DNA of 64,000 bases, taken from the NCBI RefSeq assembly GCF_006345805.1, contig NC_043003.1, positions 81,530,001-81,594,000 of the forward strand. Direction: 5' to 3'. The DNA is from Octopus sinensis (taxonomy: Eukaryota). A program made the translations under genes and the position numbers. Under the pieces are notes generated by a model. It saw nothing but the letters and a program-made list of their open reading frames with translations. It did not search any database and was not told the DNA's origin. Positions 1 through 13,863 of the stretch are shown here, one piece after another. The first letter of the stretch is position 1. The number at the start of each line of letters is the position of its first letter.

Positions 1-178
1 TGTAGAGAGGATTATTTTGTATGAAACCATTCAATAGCCTGTTATGGGTCTAAAGTTATAGTACTCTATAACTAATATACCTACTCTATTATCTAATATG
101 CAAGTGTGCTCTTTTCTTCTGGTTTACAAAAAACTCCTCTTCTACAGTATATAATACACACATTCACAAATACATATA

Positions 179-183
179 TATAC

Positions 184-265
<82 letters not shown>

Positions 266-282
266 GTATCTATCTATCTATC

Positions 283-352
<70 letters not shown>

Positions 353-360
353 GTATATAT
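179..360. repeat. Compound (ATCT)n/(AT)n microsatellite
   Basis: Directly visible. Confidence 0.95.
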
Positions 361-1448
361 AAGATGGATTTTATAAAATATCTATATAGCCGGTGCTGAA
401 ATACTTGTAAAGGCATCATTTACCACTAATATCATGAATGTATGAGTTTCACATGTTCTTCAATAATGGTGCTCACAGAATGTAACTCATTACAATGAAA
501 GACTAACAGAGATTCTGTGCTTTTTATTGAATGTTGTTTACTTTTACTGTTTTAGCATTTTTCTATCTAACGTAGTTTGCAGTCATAAAAAGCATATTTC
601 AATAAAATTAGCTTTCTTTGAGAGTTGTCAGATTTCATCTTACAATAGATGCATCTTCATCTGTAAAGTGATGGAGATTTATGCATAGTGTATCTTACAA
701 CATATGCATATACGTAGTCATTCAGTTCTATTCACTTATACTAACATATAGATAAGATAAATGAATAAATATAAAGCAAAAATATGTGTTGTTATACGAA
801 AAAAAAAATTGTAAGTACATGCATAAAAAAAGATATTGTTATAGGAAAATATTCTTGTGTGAAGATCTTTAAAATTGCTTTATATATGCTTTATCAGTAG
901 AAAATATCCAAGAACATTTCCTCTTCCTGTGATATGATCAGAAAGTGTGTGTCACTGACTGGTTTAAAAAAAACAAAAAAAAAACCGGAAGGGGAAACTG
1001 TTATATGCATTTGGAAAACAAAACAAATATCACACAACATAAGATGAATTTTACAGTACATATTCAGCATTCATTTTCATTTATGAATTGACCTAAATGT
1101 GCATCTTACCTCATTTATTTGCTCAAAATTTAATCTGACCTAGCTTGTGGTACGGACATGTGTTTTGAATTTAAAGTATGGCTGCGTGGTAAGTGCACAG
1201 GCATGGTTGGATGGAAGGGAATATCCATGGCTTTGTGATTAAATTTGTATCATGTTTCAGGCACGTTGGGTGATTTTAACATCTTGAGATTTTCCTTCTC
1301 TGCGTATGTCTAATATCTCTTATGATTCCTCCTGGTGTAATGAAGCATTTGCAAGTTCTCTGTTATTACTGAAAACATTATTCAACATGGCAGTGTCATA
1401 ATTGACGTCATTGCTATAAAGTTCTTACAATAATCTGACCATCATGTG

Positions 1449-1772
1449 GTGCAGGAGTGGCTAGCACCTTGGGCAAGTGTCTTCTACTATAGCCCCAGGC
1501 CGACCAAAGCCTTGTGAGGGTATTTGGTAGACAGAAACTGAAGGAAGCCCATTGTATATATATGTGTGTGTTTGTGTGTGTGTCTATGTTTGTACCCCCA
1601 CACAAGCGATGGTGTGTTTACGTCCCCATAACTTAGCGGTTCGGCCAAAGAGACCGATAGAACAAGTACTAGGCTTACAAAGAATAAATCCTGGGGTCGA
1701 TTTGCTCAACTAAAGGCGGTGCTCCAGCATGGCCGCAGTCAAATGACTGAAACAAAGTTAAAGAGTAAAAGA
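1449..1772 (+). mobile_element. tRNA-derived SINE family A (head deleted)
   Basis: caccttgggcaagtgtcttctactatagcc...cagcatggccgcagtcaaatgactgaaac; about 12 related copies in the window. Confidence 0.9.
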
Positions 1773-2479
1773 GTATCATCTTATACCAACAGTCTCATCA
1801 GTGAGAAGAGACCTTGTTTTGTCTTCAACAGGTTTCAAAAGCAGACTTATAATCCTTTATCACAGATTTCATCTTACTACATTGGTCTGCCTTCTGCTGC
1901 TCCTTATTTTCCTTCATTTTCTCTCTGATCCTATTTCCAATGCTCTATTCTTGATTTACTTCAGGATCTCTTCAAGTTTCATTTTGTGTTGCATTAGTTC
2001 AGGATGTCATTAGCAATCCGTGCTTTTATTTTTCTTTTTTTTCTTCCTACCACATCTAAAGCTGTTTCACAAGGTGCTTGCTGTTGTTCAGTCAGAGTTA
2101 ATATCTTCTTGTAAGTGGAGGGTAGCAAACCTGCTACCAATATTGATCTCAGATATTACTGGAATCTCTGAATTATTTACTTTGTCTACATCTTACTTTA
2201 TACATAGAATTCTTTGCTTATAAATAATTCTCAACCAGAATTTGAGTATCATTGGTATTATGCCATAGTCTCTCTGTCTTATACTGGACTTAATCTTGTC
2301 ATATTTAATGATGAAATCAATCTTGATATTAGTCTTGCTGTTAAGAGCATGCTATGCCATTCTTTGTTATGTCTTGAGATCAATGAATTGTCTCATGTTG
2401 CCTTGGAAAAGCTTGTGTCTGCTTAAAAGTCACAGTCCACCATCACTTGTTTCTCTAATAGTAAATGCTCCACTCTCTC

Positions 2480-2889
2480 TCTCTTTCACTTGTTTCAGTC
2501 ATTTGACTGTGGCCATGCTGGAGCACCGCCTTTAGGCGACCAAATCGACTCCAGGACTTATTCTTTGTAAGCCTAGTACTTATTCTATCGGTCTCTTATG
2601 CCAAACCACTAAGTTACGGGGAAGTAAACACACCAGCATCAGTTGTCAAGCGATGCTGGGGGTACAAACACGGACACATAAACATACACACACGTACATA
2701 CATACACATATATATATACATGTATACGACGAGCTTTTTTCAGTTTCCGTCTACCAAATCCACTCACAAGTCTTTGGTCCACCTAAGGCTGTAGCAGAAG
2801 GCACTTGCCCAAGGTGCCACGCAGTGGGAATGAACCCAGAACCATGTGGTTCATAAGCAAGCTACTTACCACAGAGCCACTCCTATGCC
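2480..2889 (-). mobile_element. SINE family A, full length
   Basis: A-box/B-box-like head (tggctgtgtggt / ggttcagtccc type), internal (AT)/(GT) tract, gaaacaagtaaaaga-type tail. Confidence 0.9.
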
Positions 2890-3253
2890 CATTTCAAATA
2901 ATGCTGATATCTTTCTTTGGAACTGTTGTGATGGTTTTTCAGAAGGTCATCTTGAAATTCTATCTACATTATCATATTTGAATAACGGAGAATAAACTTG
3001 TATAATGGCAATATACTGCAGTTATGCAACACTATGAAATGCAACAGGACTGCTGCATACTGACATTCAGCAAGTAGCTGAGTTTTCTCTGTTCTTGTTG
3101 GTGATGAATCCCATTCCATTTTAGCATTTGGCACTATCTCTACTGTGCCATAATTTGTTGTTTTCATCTGTAGTTGTTTCTTCTAATCTAATCCAGTTGA
3201 CTTCAAGATGTGTGAACCTTTGTATATCTGGTAAACTCATGAACATAATATTT

Positions 3254-3595
3254 TACCATTCCACGCATATAGGAGGCATTGTCATTCCATATCTATGAGA
3301 TAGCATGATCATTACCAGCATCGCCTTACTGGCACCTGTGCCGGTGGCATGTGTAAAAGATTCAAACGAGTTCATTGCCAGTACCACCTGGCTAGCCCCA
3401 TGCCGGTGGCATGTAAAAGCACCCACTACACTCTCAAAGTGGTTGGCATTAGGAAGTGCATCCAGCTGTAGAAACTCTGCCAGATCAAGATTGAAGCCTG
3501 GTGCAGCCAACTGGTTCGCCAGCCCTCAGTCAAATCGTCCAACCCATGCTAGCATGGAAAGTAGACGTTAAACGATGATGATGATGATGATGATC
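3254..3595 (+). mobile_element. RTE 3'-UTR fragment with (GAT)n tail
   Basis: Ends in ccaacccatgctagcatggaaagtagacgttaaacgatgatgatg, as does the 31.9-kb RTE 3' end. Confidence 0.8.
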
Positions 3596-4344
3596 TCCCA
3601 AATGTTGGATATCGATGTCAGTGTCTTTGTCATAGATTCCTTTTGTAGCTCATTTGTTGCATCCACCCTGGGGACTAGGCTAAGGAGAGTGTAGTCATTA
3701 ATTTTCTGGGCTTCAGGTGAGGTTTTAGATACACAAAATCATATTTACATTTGAACTATAATTAAATATATTTTTAGTTCATATATGTAACTTCTGTAAT
3801 ACATGTTATAAAATTGGAAAGACACAGAAAAGATTAGCATGACAGTTACTCAATGGTGACATATAAATTTGTGAAGTGTCCCATATTTTTAATCAAAGCA
3901 GTGCCTCAATATGGCTGTAGTCCAATGATTGAAACCAGCAACTGAATAGAAAAATAACATCAATGTCAGATGATGTAGAATGATTCGATTCTGTAAAATA
4001 AAATAGCATATTGGATGTGAAAATAATAGTTGTTATTACATTATATATTATGATATCTAGCAAATTATTTGGTGAACAACTGAACTAAGAGAGGAAGAAA
4101 AGAAAAACAACAGCATTAGCCATATAAGATTATTTACTCAAACAGAGGTTACATGAATAATATTCAACAAAAGTGAAGCATGCTTGTCATAGTCATTTCA
4201 ATTTTAGCAGTCCAAATATGAAACCTGTACTATTGTTGTAACTTCATTCTTAAATAAATCATATACTATAACATATAGAAGCTGAATGGAAAGAAAATGT
4301 TGAATTCAAACTGTCTCTGCAGATGTACTCAACTAATAAGGAAT

Positions 4345-4410
4345 TCTAAGGAGTGGTTTTGTGGTAAGTATGTTGCTTACCAACCACATGGTTCCGGGTT
4401 CAGTCCCACT
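4345..4410 (+). mobile_element. SINE family A head fragment
   Basis: ggagtggttttgtggtaagtatgttgcttaccaaccacatggttccgggttcagtcccact. Confidence 0.75.
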
Positions 4411-4776
4411 TTTGTTAAGATTCATGAAATTATACCCTATAGGCATACCAGTTCATTGTTTTTGCTCTGATGTTCATAGAAAGGAAAATGCACTAGAATG
4501 ATGGTAGTAAGTGACAAGTTTTCCTCAAATATAACATTTTAGTGCAGTTCAGTATTACTATGACTCAACTATTTTTTTCAATTTTCACTAAAATTCATTA
4601 CACTGTACTTTAAACATAAGAACATTATCATAGCAATGCATCTAAAAAAAATCTTCTTAAAAACTAAACTTTTATAATATCAGCAGAATCCCATAGGAAC
4701 ATAACAAGTGAAATATAAATTGTCTACAGTCCTTTTATGCTAAGTATAATTATTGATTTTAAGCTTTTGATTAATA

Positions 4777-4905
4777 ATGTTGATGATGATGATAATGATG
4801 ATGATAGTGGCGGTGGCGGTGGCAGAGGTGGTGATGATGATGATAATGGTGGAGGTGGCGGCGGCAGTGGTGGTGGTGATGATGATGATGATGATGATGA
4901 TGAAA
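4777..4905. repeat. (GAT)n/(GGT/GGC)n trinucleotide repeat
   Basis: Directly visible. Confidence 0.9.
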
Positions 4906-4924
4906 CATTGGCAAGAAAAGCCCC

Positions 4925-5740
4925 TTCACAGCAAATATTGGGTTAAACTAAATAGAAAAAAAAAAAAATAGACACAGCAAAATCCCAATGATAGCTGAGA
5001 AGCTCAGGGCAGAAAGCAGAGACTGAATGATTTTTAGATGTAGATTTCACACCAGAAATCACCGAAAACATGTAATGAAAAGAAATACAACAAGTAACTG
5101 CAGAACATGTGGTGGAGAAGAAACAATAAATCATATTGTCTCTAGCTGCCCAGTCCTGCCTAAGAAGGGATATATCCACAGACACAACAGAGTTGGGACC
5201 CATAAACACTGGAAGCTATGCCAACACTATGGACGAGAAACAGAAAAAAGATGGTATAGTCACATGCCAGAAAAGGTCAGAGAAAATGAGAAAGTAACCA
5301 TACACTGGGATATACCAATACACACAGAGAAATTAAAGCCACTAGGCTGGATGTAGTTGCCAGAGATCACCAAGAAGGAAACAAATACTTTCTAATTGAT
5401 GTATCAATACCAACAGATGACAATGTTTCTCTAAAAGAAATGGAAAAATTTCAAAATACAATGATCTGGAAATAGAGGTAATTCAAATGTGGAACCTAAG
5501 AGCAGAAACATTAGGTATGATAAAAAAAAACATTCTGACAAATATTTAACTAAAGCACCAGGACTTACAATAAATAGCACTACTAGGCACCACACATATC
5601 CTATGTAAAACACTTTCAATACAGTAAAAATAAGAGCACCACAACAAGCTGCAGCACATACTCAAGGCACCCAGAGCCACACTAAGTAGTAAAGTGAAAG
5701 CACATGATGAAAATACGACTACTGAATAATGATAATAACT
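4925..5740 (+). mobile_element. R4/Dong-clade LINE 3' fragment (CCHC knuckle plus restriction-like endonuclease)
   Basis: CRTCGGEETINHIVSSCPVL...HRHNRV...KVTIHWDIPIHT; downstream in shifted frames LIDVSIPTDDN and KYNDLEIEV; (TAA)-like tail near 5725. Confidence 0.8.
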
Positions 5741-5874
5741 AGATTAACATAAAAGGATTTCTAAAGAAACATAATGATTTAGAAGATAGGTAATTGTGGG
5801 GTTTTAATTTATGAACTACAAAGAAATGTTATCCATCTAAAACAAGATTCACCCAGTCAATAATCTCAAATTTA

Positions 5875-6250
5875 TATCATCATCATCATCATCGTTTAAC
5901 GTCCGCTTTCCATGCTAGCATGGGTTGGACGATTTTGACTGAGGGCTGGCGAACCAGATGGCTGCACTAAGCTCCAATCTTGATCTGGCAGAATTTCTAC
6001 AGCTGGATGCCCTTCCTAATGCCAACCACTCCGAGAGTGTAGTGGGTGCATTTTACATGCCACAGGCATGGGGGCCAGTCAGGCAGTACTGGCAATGATC
6101 CCGCGTGAATCTTTTTACACATGCCACCGGCACAGGTGCCAGTAAGGCGACGCTGGTAACGATCACGCTCGAATGGTGCCTTTTACGTGCCACCGGCACA
6201 AAAGCCAGTTAGCCGCTCTGGCAATGATCACACTTGGCACCCTACTAGCA
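5875..6250 (-). mobile_element. RTE 3'-UTR fragment
   Basis: Begins catcatcatcgtttaacgtccgctttccatgctagcatgggttgg; collinear with 31902-32250. Confidence 0.8.
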
Positions 6251-7987
6251 CGGGCACATATAACAGTGTAAAAAATTCACCCCTCTCAGTTGTCAAAAAA
6301 GTAAAAATAGGTATAGTGATATTATATCTTTGTTTTGGTACTTTTTAAACGTCTAAAAGTTAGTAATGTATTGGACTATTTAAGTGATACTTACCTAAAT
6401 AGATATTAATGATATGAACAACTATTAATTCAGTAAGCATTTTTAGTAATATACAAACAATTCAATTTATCTGATTCAAGACCTGGCATGTAAAATACGA
6501 AACGTAATCTAAATTTTTAACATGACAGAGTATAGGAACAGCAGTGTTTGATTAGAGAAAACTTTGGACAATATAATTAGATTAGATCTTAGGATGCTAT
6601 ACTTGATGAATGAGATAACACCGGATAAGGTTGAATGGATAAAGGCTATTTAAACCCTTCTCACACATGCTAGTATGAAAAAAAGAAAAGCAGATGCAGG
6701 GGGAAAAAAGGAAAATTTTTTTTATTAAGTTGATAGTAAGTCATGTTGTGTATCAAGTCCAGCTGCAATCACTTGTTAATTGTGTTTTATTGTAGATATT
6801 TCAGTGATAAAGGTGAATAATTAATTCACTTCAATGTAAGTTATTTGGATCACACATGGGTCTGTGCCTCTGTGTGTGTGTGTGCACACACATGTGTCTG
6901 TAGATATGCATGTGCATGTGTGTATATATATATATGTTTCTTTACTAGCCACACAGACGGGACAAATTACGAGGTAGAGCTTTTCTTTTTGGGAAGAAAG
7001 AAAAAAAAGGGGGAAAAATCGATCAATAGGGATCGTGTATCACATATATATATATATATATGTATATATGTTGTGTGCATTAATGTTTGTTTTTATGTCT
7101 AATCATAAATAAAAATATTTTAACACTAAACTGAAATATGCTCCATACTTTCAGTAGGTTAAATAATCATTAACTTTTTTCAGGAAAAGGTTGACAATGC
7201 TTTCAGAGTTTTACTTTGCTCACCTGCATGAGACTGTGATTTACTCTGGTGATGTTTGGCTTTATACAGAAAAAGCAACAGGAGGATAATTAGGTATAGG
7301 TAAACAAGGGTAGTGATTGTGTAGGAAGAAACAATATTGGGGGATAGAAGGAACATAAGAGTTTGAAGGGTGTGGATTGATAGAAAGGTATGGTGATGTA
7401 AATTATATCTGTTTGATGAATACAATGAGATCACTCATTCTTTGTATATAAGGTTCATTTTTTTGTGATATTTTAGGCTTCACAGAAGAATTTTTGTAGA
7501 TAATGTGGTGAACTACACTACATAGTTAGACTGAGGTTCAATATGGTGTTTGTGCCATTAGCTTTCTATAAAAATCTTTTTAGTTACTTTGAGGTTTAGT
7601 TCGGAGAAATTATATTCCTAATATTCATCATGATTAATGAATTGAGCTGGCAGAATTGTTAGCTTACTTATTATTATTATTATAATTATTATTATTATTA
7701 TTATTATTGTTATTATTATTATTATAGATCTGATGAATGACTATATTTTTAAATAGAATTAATTTTAGATCGATTTAGTTTTAATCAAATTGATTTTATT
7801 ATTATTATCTATTTGAAAATATAGCCATGAAATGTGCGTAGTCTATTTACTATTTATTGTTTATGTACTCTATTGATTTTTAGAATAACGTTTCCTATAG
7901 TATATCTAACTTTTTCTTTATGGTGTGAATAATGTCTTGCACTATTGAATTGTTTATCATGAGGTTTTTCTCTAAATTTTATACATA

Positions 7988-8021
<34 letters not shown>

Positions 8022-8022
<1 letters not shown>

Positions 8023-8111
8023 TCTTGCCCAAGATGCCACACAGTGGGACTGAACCAGAAATCATGTGGTTGGGAAGCAAGCTTCTTACCACATGGCCAC
8101 TCCTGCACCTA

Positions 8112-8112
<1 letters not shown>
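8022..8112 (-). mobile_element. SINE family A head fragment
   Basis: ttgcccaagatgccacacagtgggactgaacc...ccactcctgcacc. Confidence 0.75.
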
Positions 8113-8164
<52 letters not shown>

Positions 8165-8289
8165 GCATATCTATATATGTACATCTGTATATACATGTAT
8201 AAACATATATGCACATGCAAAACCATGCTTATACACACACACATATATTATTCATATACATATACAGGCACATTCACACACTATTTCAC

Positions 8290-8720
8290 TGTAATCCATC
8301 TTCCATGCTAAATACTGTCCTCTCCACCCACATTTTACATTTATCCCCTACTTTAGCCACCAAATTATATCTTGCTTCACCACTCCATCACCATTTGTCT
8401 GCCCTCCTCCATTCCCTATAGTTACCCTACACTTTCAAACAACCCAATTGTATGTCATCTGCCACTCTCTCTTTCACTCTTCTCTTTCTTTCTTTCTTTC
8501 TCAAGACCTTTTCTGCACTAACAGAGCTTATCTAACCTCGACTCATATATCATTGATCATCCCTCAATCCTCCTCCAGCCCAGCCCAATTTCTACAGTTG
8601 TCACCTACTATTCTCTCTTTCCTAATAATACACTCAACATTTGTTTACAGTATTCACCTTCTGTCCTGTTCCATATTTTCAACCATCTTCCATAAGTTCA
8701 TTCAACCTCTGCCATCTCAC
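8290..8720 (-). repeat. Unclassified purine/pyrimidine-skewed dispersed repeat (second copy about 45960-46375 on +)
   Basis: Shared agtaggtgacaactgta and gggtg.agaggacagtatt.ag.atg.a.gat.g in the same order. Confidence 0.5.
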
Positions 8721-9039
8721 ACTTCCTCTTCTACTCTCTCCATTCATTTCTACTCACTTTTCATCTTGTGGGTCTGTCTTGACAGCTCACCACAACTATT
8801 TTTATCTCCTTTAATTACTCCATCTAATTCTGTCCCCAATCACTCCCACCCTTTCTTCCATATTATGAATAGCTTTATAGTTCCCCAACAGCAAGTGACT
8901 CCTTCCATTCTGATATATTTTCTCACATTTGAGACTCATCTCCTATAGCATAAAGCCACCTTCCTTTCCATTACAGCATCATGCAGACAAAGAGGAACTC
9001 ACCTAGTTCTCAGTCTGTTTAACTGTCTTTCTGTCTGTC

Positions 9040-9134
9040 TTCCTGACTGTCTGTCCACCCATCTATCTATCTATCTAATCTATCTATCTATTCATCCATC
9101 TATCTGTCTATGTATCTATCAATCTATCTATCTG

Positions 9135-9211
<77 letters not shown>

Positions 9212-9250
9212 ATCTATCTATCTATTTAGCTATCTTTCTATCTATCTGTC
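9040..9250. repeat. (ATCT)n microsatellite
   Basis: Directly visible. Confidence 0.95.
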
Positions 9251-9648
9251 TGAGTTTGTGTGCATGTGTGTGTGTATGTATATTAGTATGTAAATATACT
9301 GAGTAGTTAAGAAATTTGCAGTCCTCCTATGTAGATTTTGATTTCAGTCCCATTGCATGGCATCTTTAGGCAAGTACCATATTCCATGCCAGCTGAAATT
9401 TTGAAAGTGAATTTGGTAGAAGGAAGGAGGTTCCAATCGGGGACTGAACCCAAAACTTTATAATTATGAAGCAAACTTGTTAATCTACCAGTTATGCCTT
9501 TGTCTAGTTTCACCTTCCTTGCAAACAGGTGAGATGTGACTATGGGAAGGGCATCTAGCCATAGAAAATCTATCTTCCTGAATTTTGTATATACAGGTGT
9601 ACATATATAGGTATGCATGTGTAAGTATATAGATAAATAAATAAATAA

Positions 9649-9713
<65 letters not shown>

Positions 9714-10149
9714 TGCAGGAGTGGTTGTGTGACAAGCATAGAAAAGTGAATGTTAAAATGATGATGGTAATGGTGATGATATATGTTCACATTGAAACTA
9801 CATGGTTTTGCATTCAGTCTCACTGCATAACACTTTGGCCAAGTGTTTATATATAAACACTTCGCAGGTGATCTGAATGAGTAGGTACACTAGGTAAGTG
9901 CTGTAACGGATTACTAGGGTTCCAAGGTTTTAGCTGAGATGGTTGTTATATAGCCATGGCAGATTTCTGATATAATGGATATGTAATTGTTAAAGAGGAC
10001 GACAAATGCTGACTCTTCTTTTTTCCAATAATGATAATGCATATGACTTGAGATGTTTGCCGTGCATTAACGTCTGTTGGCCTCTTTAACAATGATATAT
10101 ATATACATATATATGTGTGTGTGGGTGTATACATATACATATATATATA

Positions 10150-10258
10150 TATATAAGAATTTTTTGTGTAATAAGATAAAAAAACCAAGGCTGTATAAAT
10201 ACTAGAGCATTTATACAGCCTTGGTTTTTTATCTTAGTACGCAAAAAATTCTTATATA
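10150..10258. repeat. Inverted repeat (about 50-bp arms, 8-nt spacer) beside (AT)n
   Basis: tataagaattttttgtgtaataagataaaaaaaccaaggctgtataaat and its near-exact reverse complement. Confidence 0.8.
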
Positions 10259-10479
10259 CACACACTGACAAAAACCAACGTTGAACCCTTTATTCACAAT
10301 ATTACCGAATCTGGAACTTAACTGAGGTCTGTCTATAGCACTTATTCAGCATTACCTGGCACCTTTGGGTCTCAATGACACCATTATCTCTGATATATAT
10401 ATGCCTGTATATTTCTGTGCTTGTCCCTCCATCATTTGACGTTTTATTTTATGAAATAATCAGTTATAATAATAGTTTC

Positions 10480-10680
10480 AAATTTTAGCACAATACCAGC
10501 TACTTTGGTGGAGGGTCTAAGTTGTTTACATCTACCGCTACTTATTTTATTGACTCGAAAGGATGAAAGGTAAAGCTAACCTCGGTGGAATTTGAACCCA
10601 GAACATAATGACAGACAAAATACAGCTAAGCATTTTATTACAGTGTGCTAGTGTGTGAACGATTCTGCCAGCTCTCTGTC
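10480..10680 (-). mobile_element. SINE family B relic
   Basis: ggatgaaaggtaaagctaacctcggtggaatttgaaccc...ttctgccagctc. Confidence 0.65.
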
Positions 10681-10688
10681 TTTATTCA

Positions 10689-10728
<40 letters not shown>

Positions 10729-11815
10729 TAAAGTGCAAAGTTTTTTATGTACTTTTGTTCTTTGAGAAAATTTATCCTGTTTCACAACCATAAATTGATT
10801 AGATAGTATTATGGAGGATGAAAACTACAATGCTGAAATTTTCTGTGCTGATTTTAGTATGAAGCTGAAATCTTCTGCAGAGATTTTCTGATGGTGTATG
10901 AATAGACTATTTTATGATGAAAGATAAAATATACATAGAAAATGTTTTATTTTATCTTATTTTTCATGCATAGTTTTGGTATGTCTGAATATTCTTGGAT
11001 TGCACATTTATAGCTACATATACTTTGTATTTATAAACAATTTGGATGAAGTATTGTCTTGGTTTTCTGGTTAGCTAGTTAGAGGAAGATGCTCTTTACA
11101 AATAGGTAGTCATTTATTTCATGTTGTTGAAAATATGATCTGTCTGAAACAGGATAAAATTGTTAGAAATTTACATGTTATATTTTGTAAAATTTCATTT
11201 CAAGTAACTTATATTAGGACAGATTTTGTGCAGAATTTGTGTTGCAGCATTCTTTTTCTATTTCTCTGTATTTCTATCATATCTCTTGAAAACCATTTTT
11301 TTTAGATAAATTCTTATTCCTTGTATAATTTATCATATCTCTTGAAAACCATTTTTTTAAAGATGAATTCTTATTCCTCGTATAATTAACTAAGTTCAAT
11401 TCTCATGATAGTTTCTGCATCCAGTTTATTACATTCAGCAACTAGCAAGACTGTCAAAACAAGCTTTAAAATAATTATTGTCTCTGTCATCTTACTATGA
11501 TTTTATGATAACCAGAAAGGTCTCTTTTGCTGTCATCTGATATACTTGGCAATAATAAAGACAACTAATTTAAAATGTCTAGAAGTTTTAATGTTCTATA
11601 CTTTTACTGGTGACTAAAAAAAAAAGAAAAACAGCCTTTCTGTGAAAGATAAAAAAATATGTGCTACCATGGAGAAGATAAAGCTGTAAACAACTTAAAA
11701 ACAAGAAGGGAAACAAAACAAAAAAACCTTCATATAGAAGAGGGAGTGTATTTTGCCTGATCTACTTGATAACTAATGTAAATAGGAAAGACACTTAAAG
11801 TAAATGAGCATAAAA

Positions 11816-11950
11816 GCAAATAAATTGGCTTCCAATAATTACAAACAAGTGTAATATTTTGTGTATATGATAACAATGGATGGTAGTACCATGTATTGAT
11901 AACAGTTGGTGCCTAGCTTCATTTATCCTCAAACAAGCAGAACCTAATAT
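11816..11950 (-). pseudogene. Exon-like segment RINEARHQLLSIHG...LHLFVIIGSQFIC
   Basis: Inside track ORF 11795..12022; resembles remembered GIDRAAKHVVLS...HLILCTGQQY, at the collinear position. Confidence 0.3.
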
Positions 11951-12898
11951 GGTGTTGGTTGATGAGAAACAAGTAGAACCTAATGTGATGTAGATTGATG
12001 ATAAAGGCAAGGAAAGTGACAAAACAAAGAATTAGAGTACAAAAATGATATGAGAGAAAAAAATGTAACAGACCAGTGCAAAATTACACCAGTGTAGTAA
12101 AAGACAGACTTATTATGATTAAAGTGAGCCCGATTGATTTGTAGACAGTCTTTCATGTTACAATGTTTAAATGCAAAAAAATAATGATACAGTGAAATGA
12201 AAATGAAAGTCTGTGTGAAGTATGTAATTGAATATTGAATCAAATGCAGGAGTAGAAAATACAATTTGAATATCCAATAGTAACCGAAGCTGACAAATAA
12301 TTTCAATATTGATAGCAAGCAAAGATAAAATATTAGACAAATCATTGGCAAATACTATACACACTTTCACACAATTTAAAAACTGTATGAGTGAGTTTCT
12401 TTCATAGGAAACTGAGAAAAAAAGATTTATTCCTTCTAGAGAGGTAATTAGTTAATATCAAATTCCTGTTTTCAGTTACATCAGAATAATGTTAGATACA
12501 ATCTTGAATAAAATGACTATCACTAAGAAGAAAATAGTCAGACAATTCCTTTAATAAAAAAATCTTGAAAATCACAAGCTATACATCATTTTAATGGTTC
12601 TTATGAGGAGTTAAAAATGAATGCTTGCAAGTGGATAATGTTTTTCAGTCATAACAGAAACTATTTTGAAAAGATATATATATATGTTTTTATGCTAAGG
12701 CTAAATGTGTGAATCTGTCACATTGTTAGTCAAAGGGAAAGGCAAAAAGAGAGAGAGAGCGAAGAGTGTTAGCAGTGAGAGCTTGGAGAAAGGGATTGCT
12801 ATTATGTTAAATAGATGATTGAAGAAGAGGTGGAGAAGCAGAAAGAAAGAGAGAAAGAGAAGGATGGGGGGAATGTATTTAGAGCAGAGGCAATAGTA

Positions 12899-13110
12899 TA
12901 GCGAGCTGGCAGACTCGTTAGCATGCCAGACAAAATGCTTGGCGGTATTTCATCTGCCGCTATGTTCTGAGTTCAAATTGCACCGAGGTCGACTTTGCCT
13001 TTCATCCTTTCAGGGTCGATTAAATAAGTACCAGTTATGCACTTAATCCATTTGTCTGTCCTTGTTTGTCCCTTCTGTGTTTAGCCCTTTGTGGGTAGTA
13101 AAGAAATTGG
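12899..13110 (+). mobile_element. tRNA-derived SINE family B
   Basis: gcgagctggcaga...gagttcaaat...gtcgactttgcctttcatcc...gcccttgtggg-type tail. Confidence 0.85.
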
Positions 13111-13344
13111 TATAGTTGTAAGAAGTGGAAGAGAGAGTGTGAGAAAGCGTATGTGTATTTATTGGTGGGAACATGACATTGATGTATCTATCTGAATTTT
13201 GGTGAAGCTGGTGCTTTCTGGTGTATGGTTCTGACTAGCCTCAGCAAAGGCAAAATACATCTCTTTGTCCTGTGAGTCACTGCAGTGACAATGTTTCTCT
13301 AGCTCTGATATGAATTTCTAACTCAACAAGTTTATTAAGAGATT

Positions 13345-13475
13345 TTTATATCAGACAAACATTGAGTGATTCATTACTTATTTCAACACCCAGTCATAAT
13401 GCTGCAGAATCTGAGTAAGGCAGCTTCTTTCTGAGCAGATGCCATGCTGGGTGTCAGGGAGCAATTCATTATACA
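13345..13475 (-). mobile_element. CR1/L2-type RT relic
   Basis: Minus-strand NELLPDTQHGICSERSCLTQILQHYDWVLK matches the QHGF..RSCLTQL motif that begins the RT domain. Confidence 0.65.
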
Positions 13476-13577
13476 TACATATATATGTAGAACTGTAAGA
13501 CAAATATAGTCGTCACTATATATGTATATGTGTATATATATATATATAAAGATGTGTGTGCCTATATATATATATTT

Positions 13578-13825
13578 ATAAATTTGGTAAGATAACAAAA
13601 GAAAGAAAGAGACCTCGATATTATATAAATAGAGGAATTTATCTGTAAAAGTAATATGTGACAATTATTTGGTAGCCAAGATAAAACTCCGAGTTTCGGA
13701 TGCTGAGGTGGAAATCCACGCCACCATCTCTTCTGAAGAGATAGTGGCATGGATTTCCATCTCGGCATCTGAAACTCAGAGTTTTATCTTGGCTACCGAA
13801 TAATTGTCACATATTACTTTTACAG

Positions 13826-13827
<2 letters not shown>
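13578..13827. mobile_element. Fold-back insertion with 93-bp arms (13641-13733 / 13735-13827), Penelope-like
   Basis: Palindrome around T13734 with 7 mismatches, flanked by (AT)n on both sides; CTGAAGA...GAAAC hammerhead-like core. Confidence 0.6.

Positions 13828-13863
<36 letters not shown>

Larger units (their letters stand above)
1773..3720 (-). mobile_element. Decayed RTE LINE (APE endonuclease to linker region), interrupted by a SINE and an RTE tail
   Basis: Minus-strand remnants DENNKLWHS...NGMGFITNK...IIQVYSP, IDFI and IANDIL, with many stops. Confidence 0.65.

Noticed and set aside
106-399. This and the many other IY/YI/HT/CV-rich track ORFs
   Set aside because: Translations of (AT)n, (CA)n and (ATCT)n microsatellites or SINE bodies; not coding.
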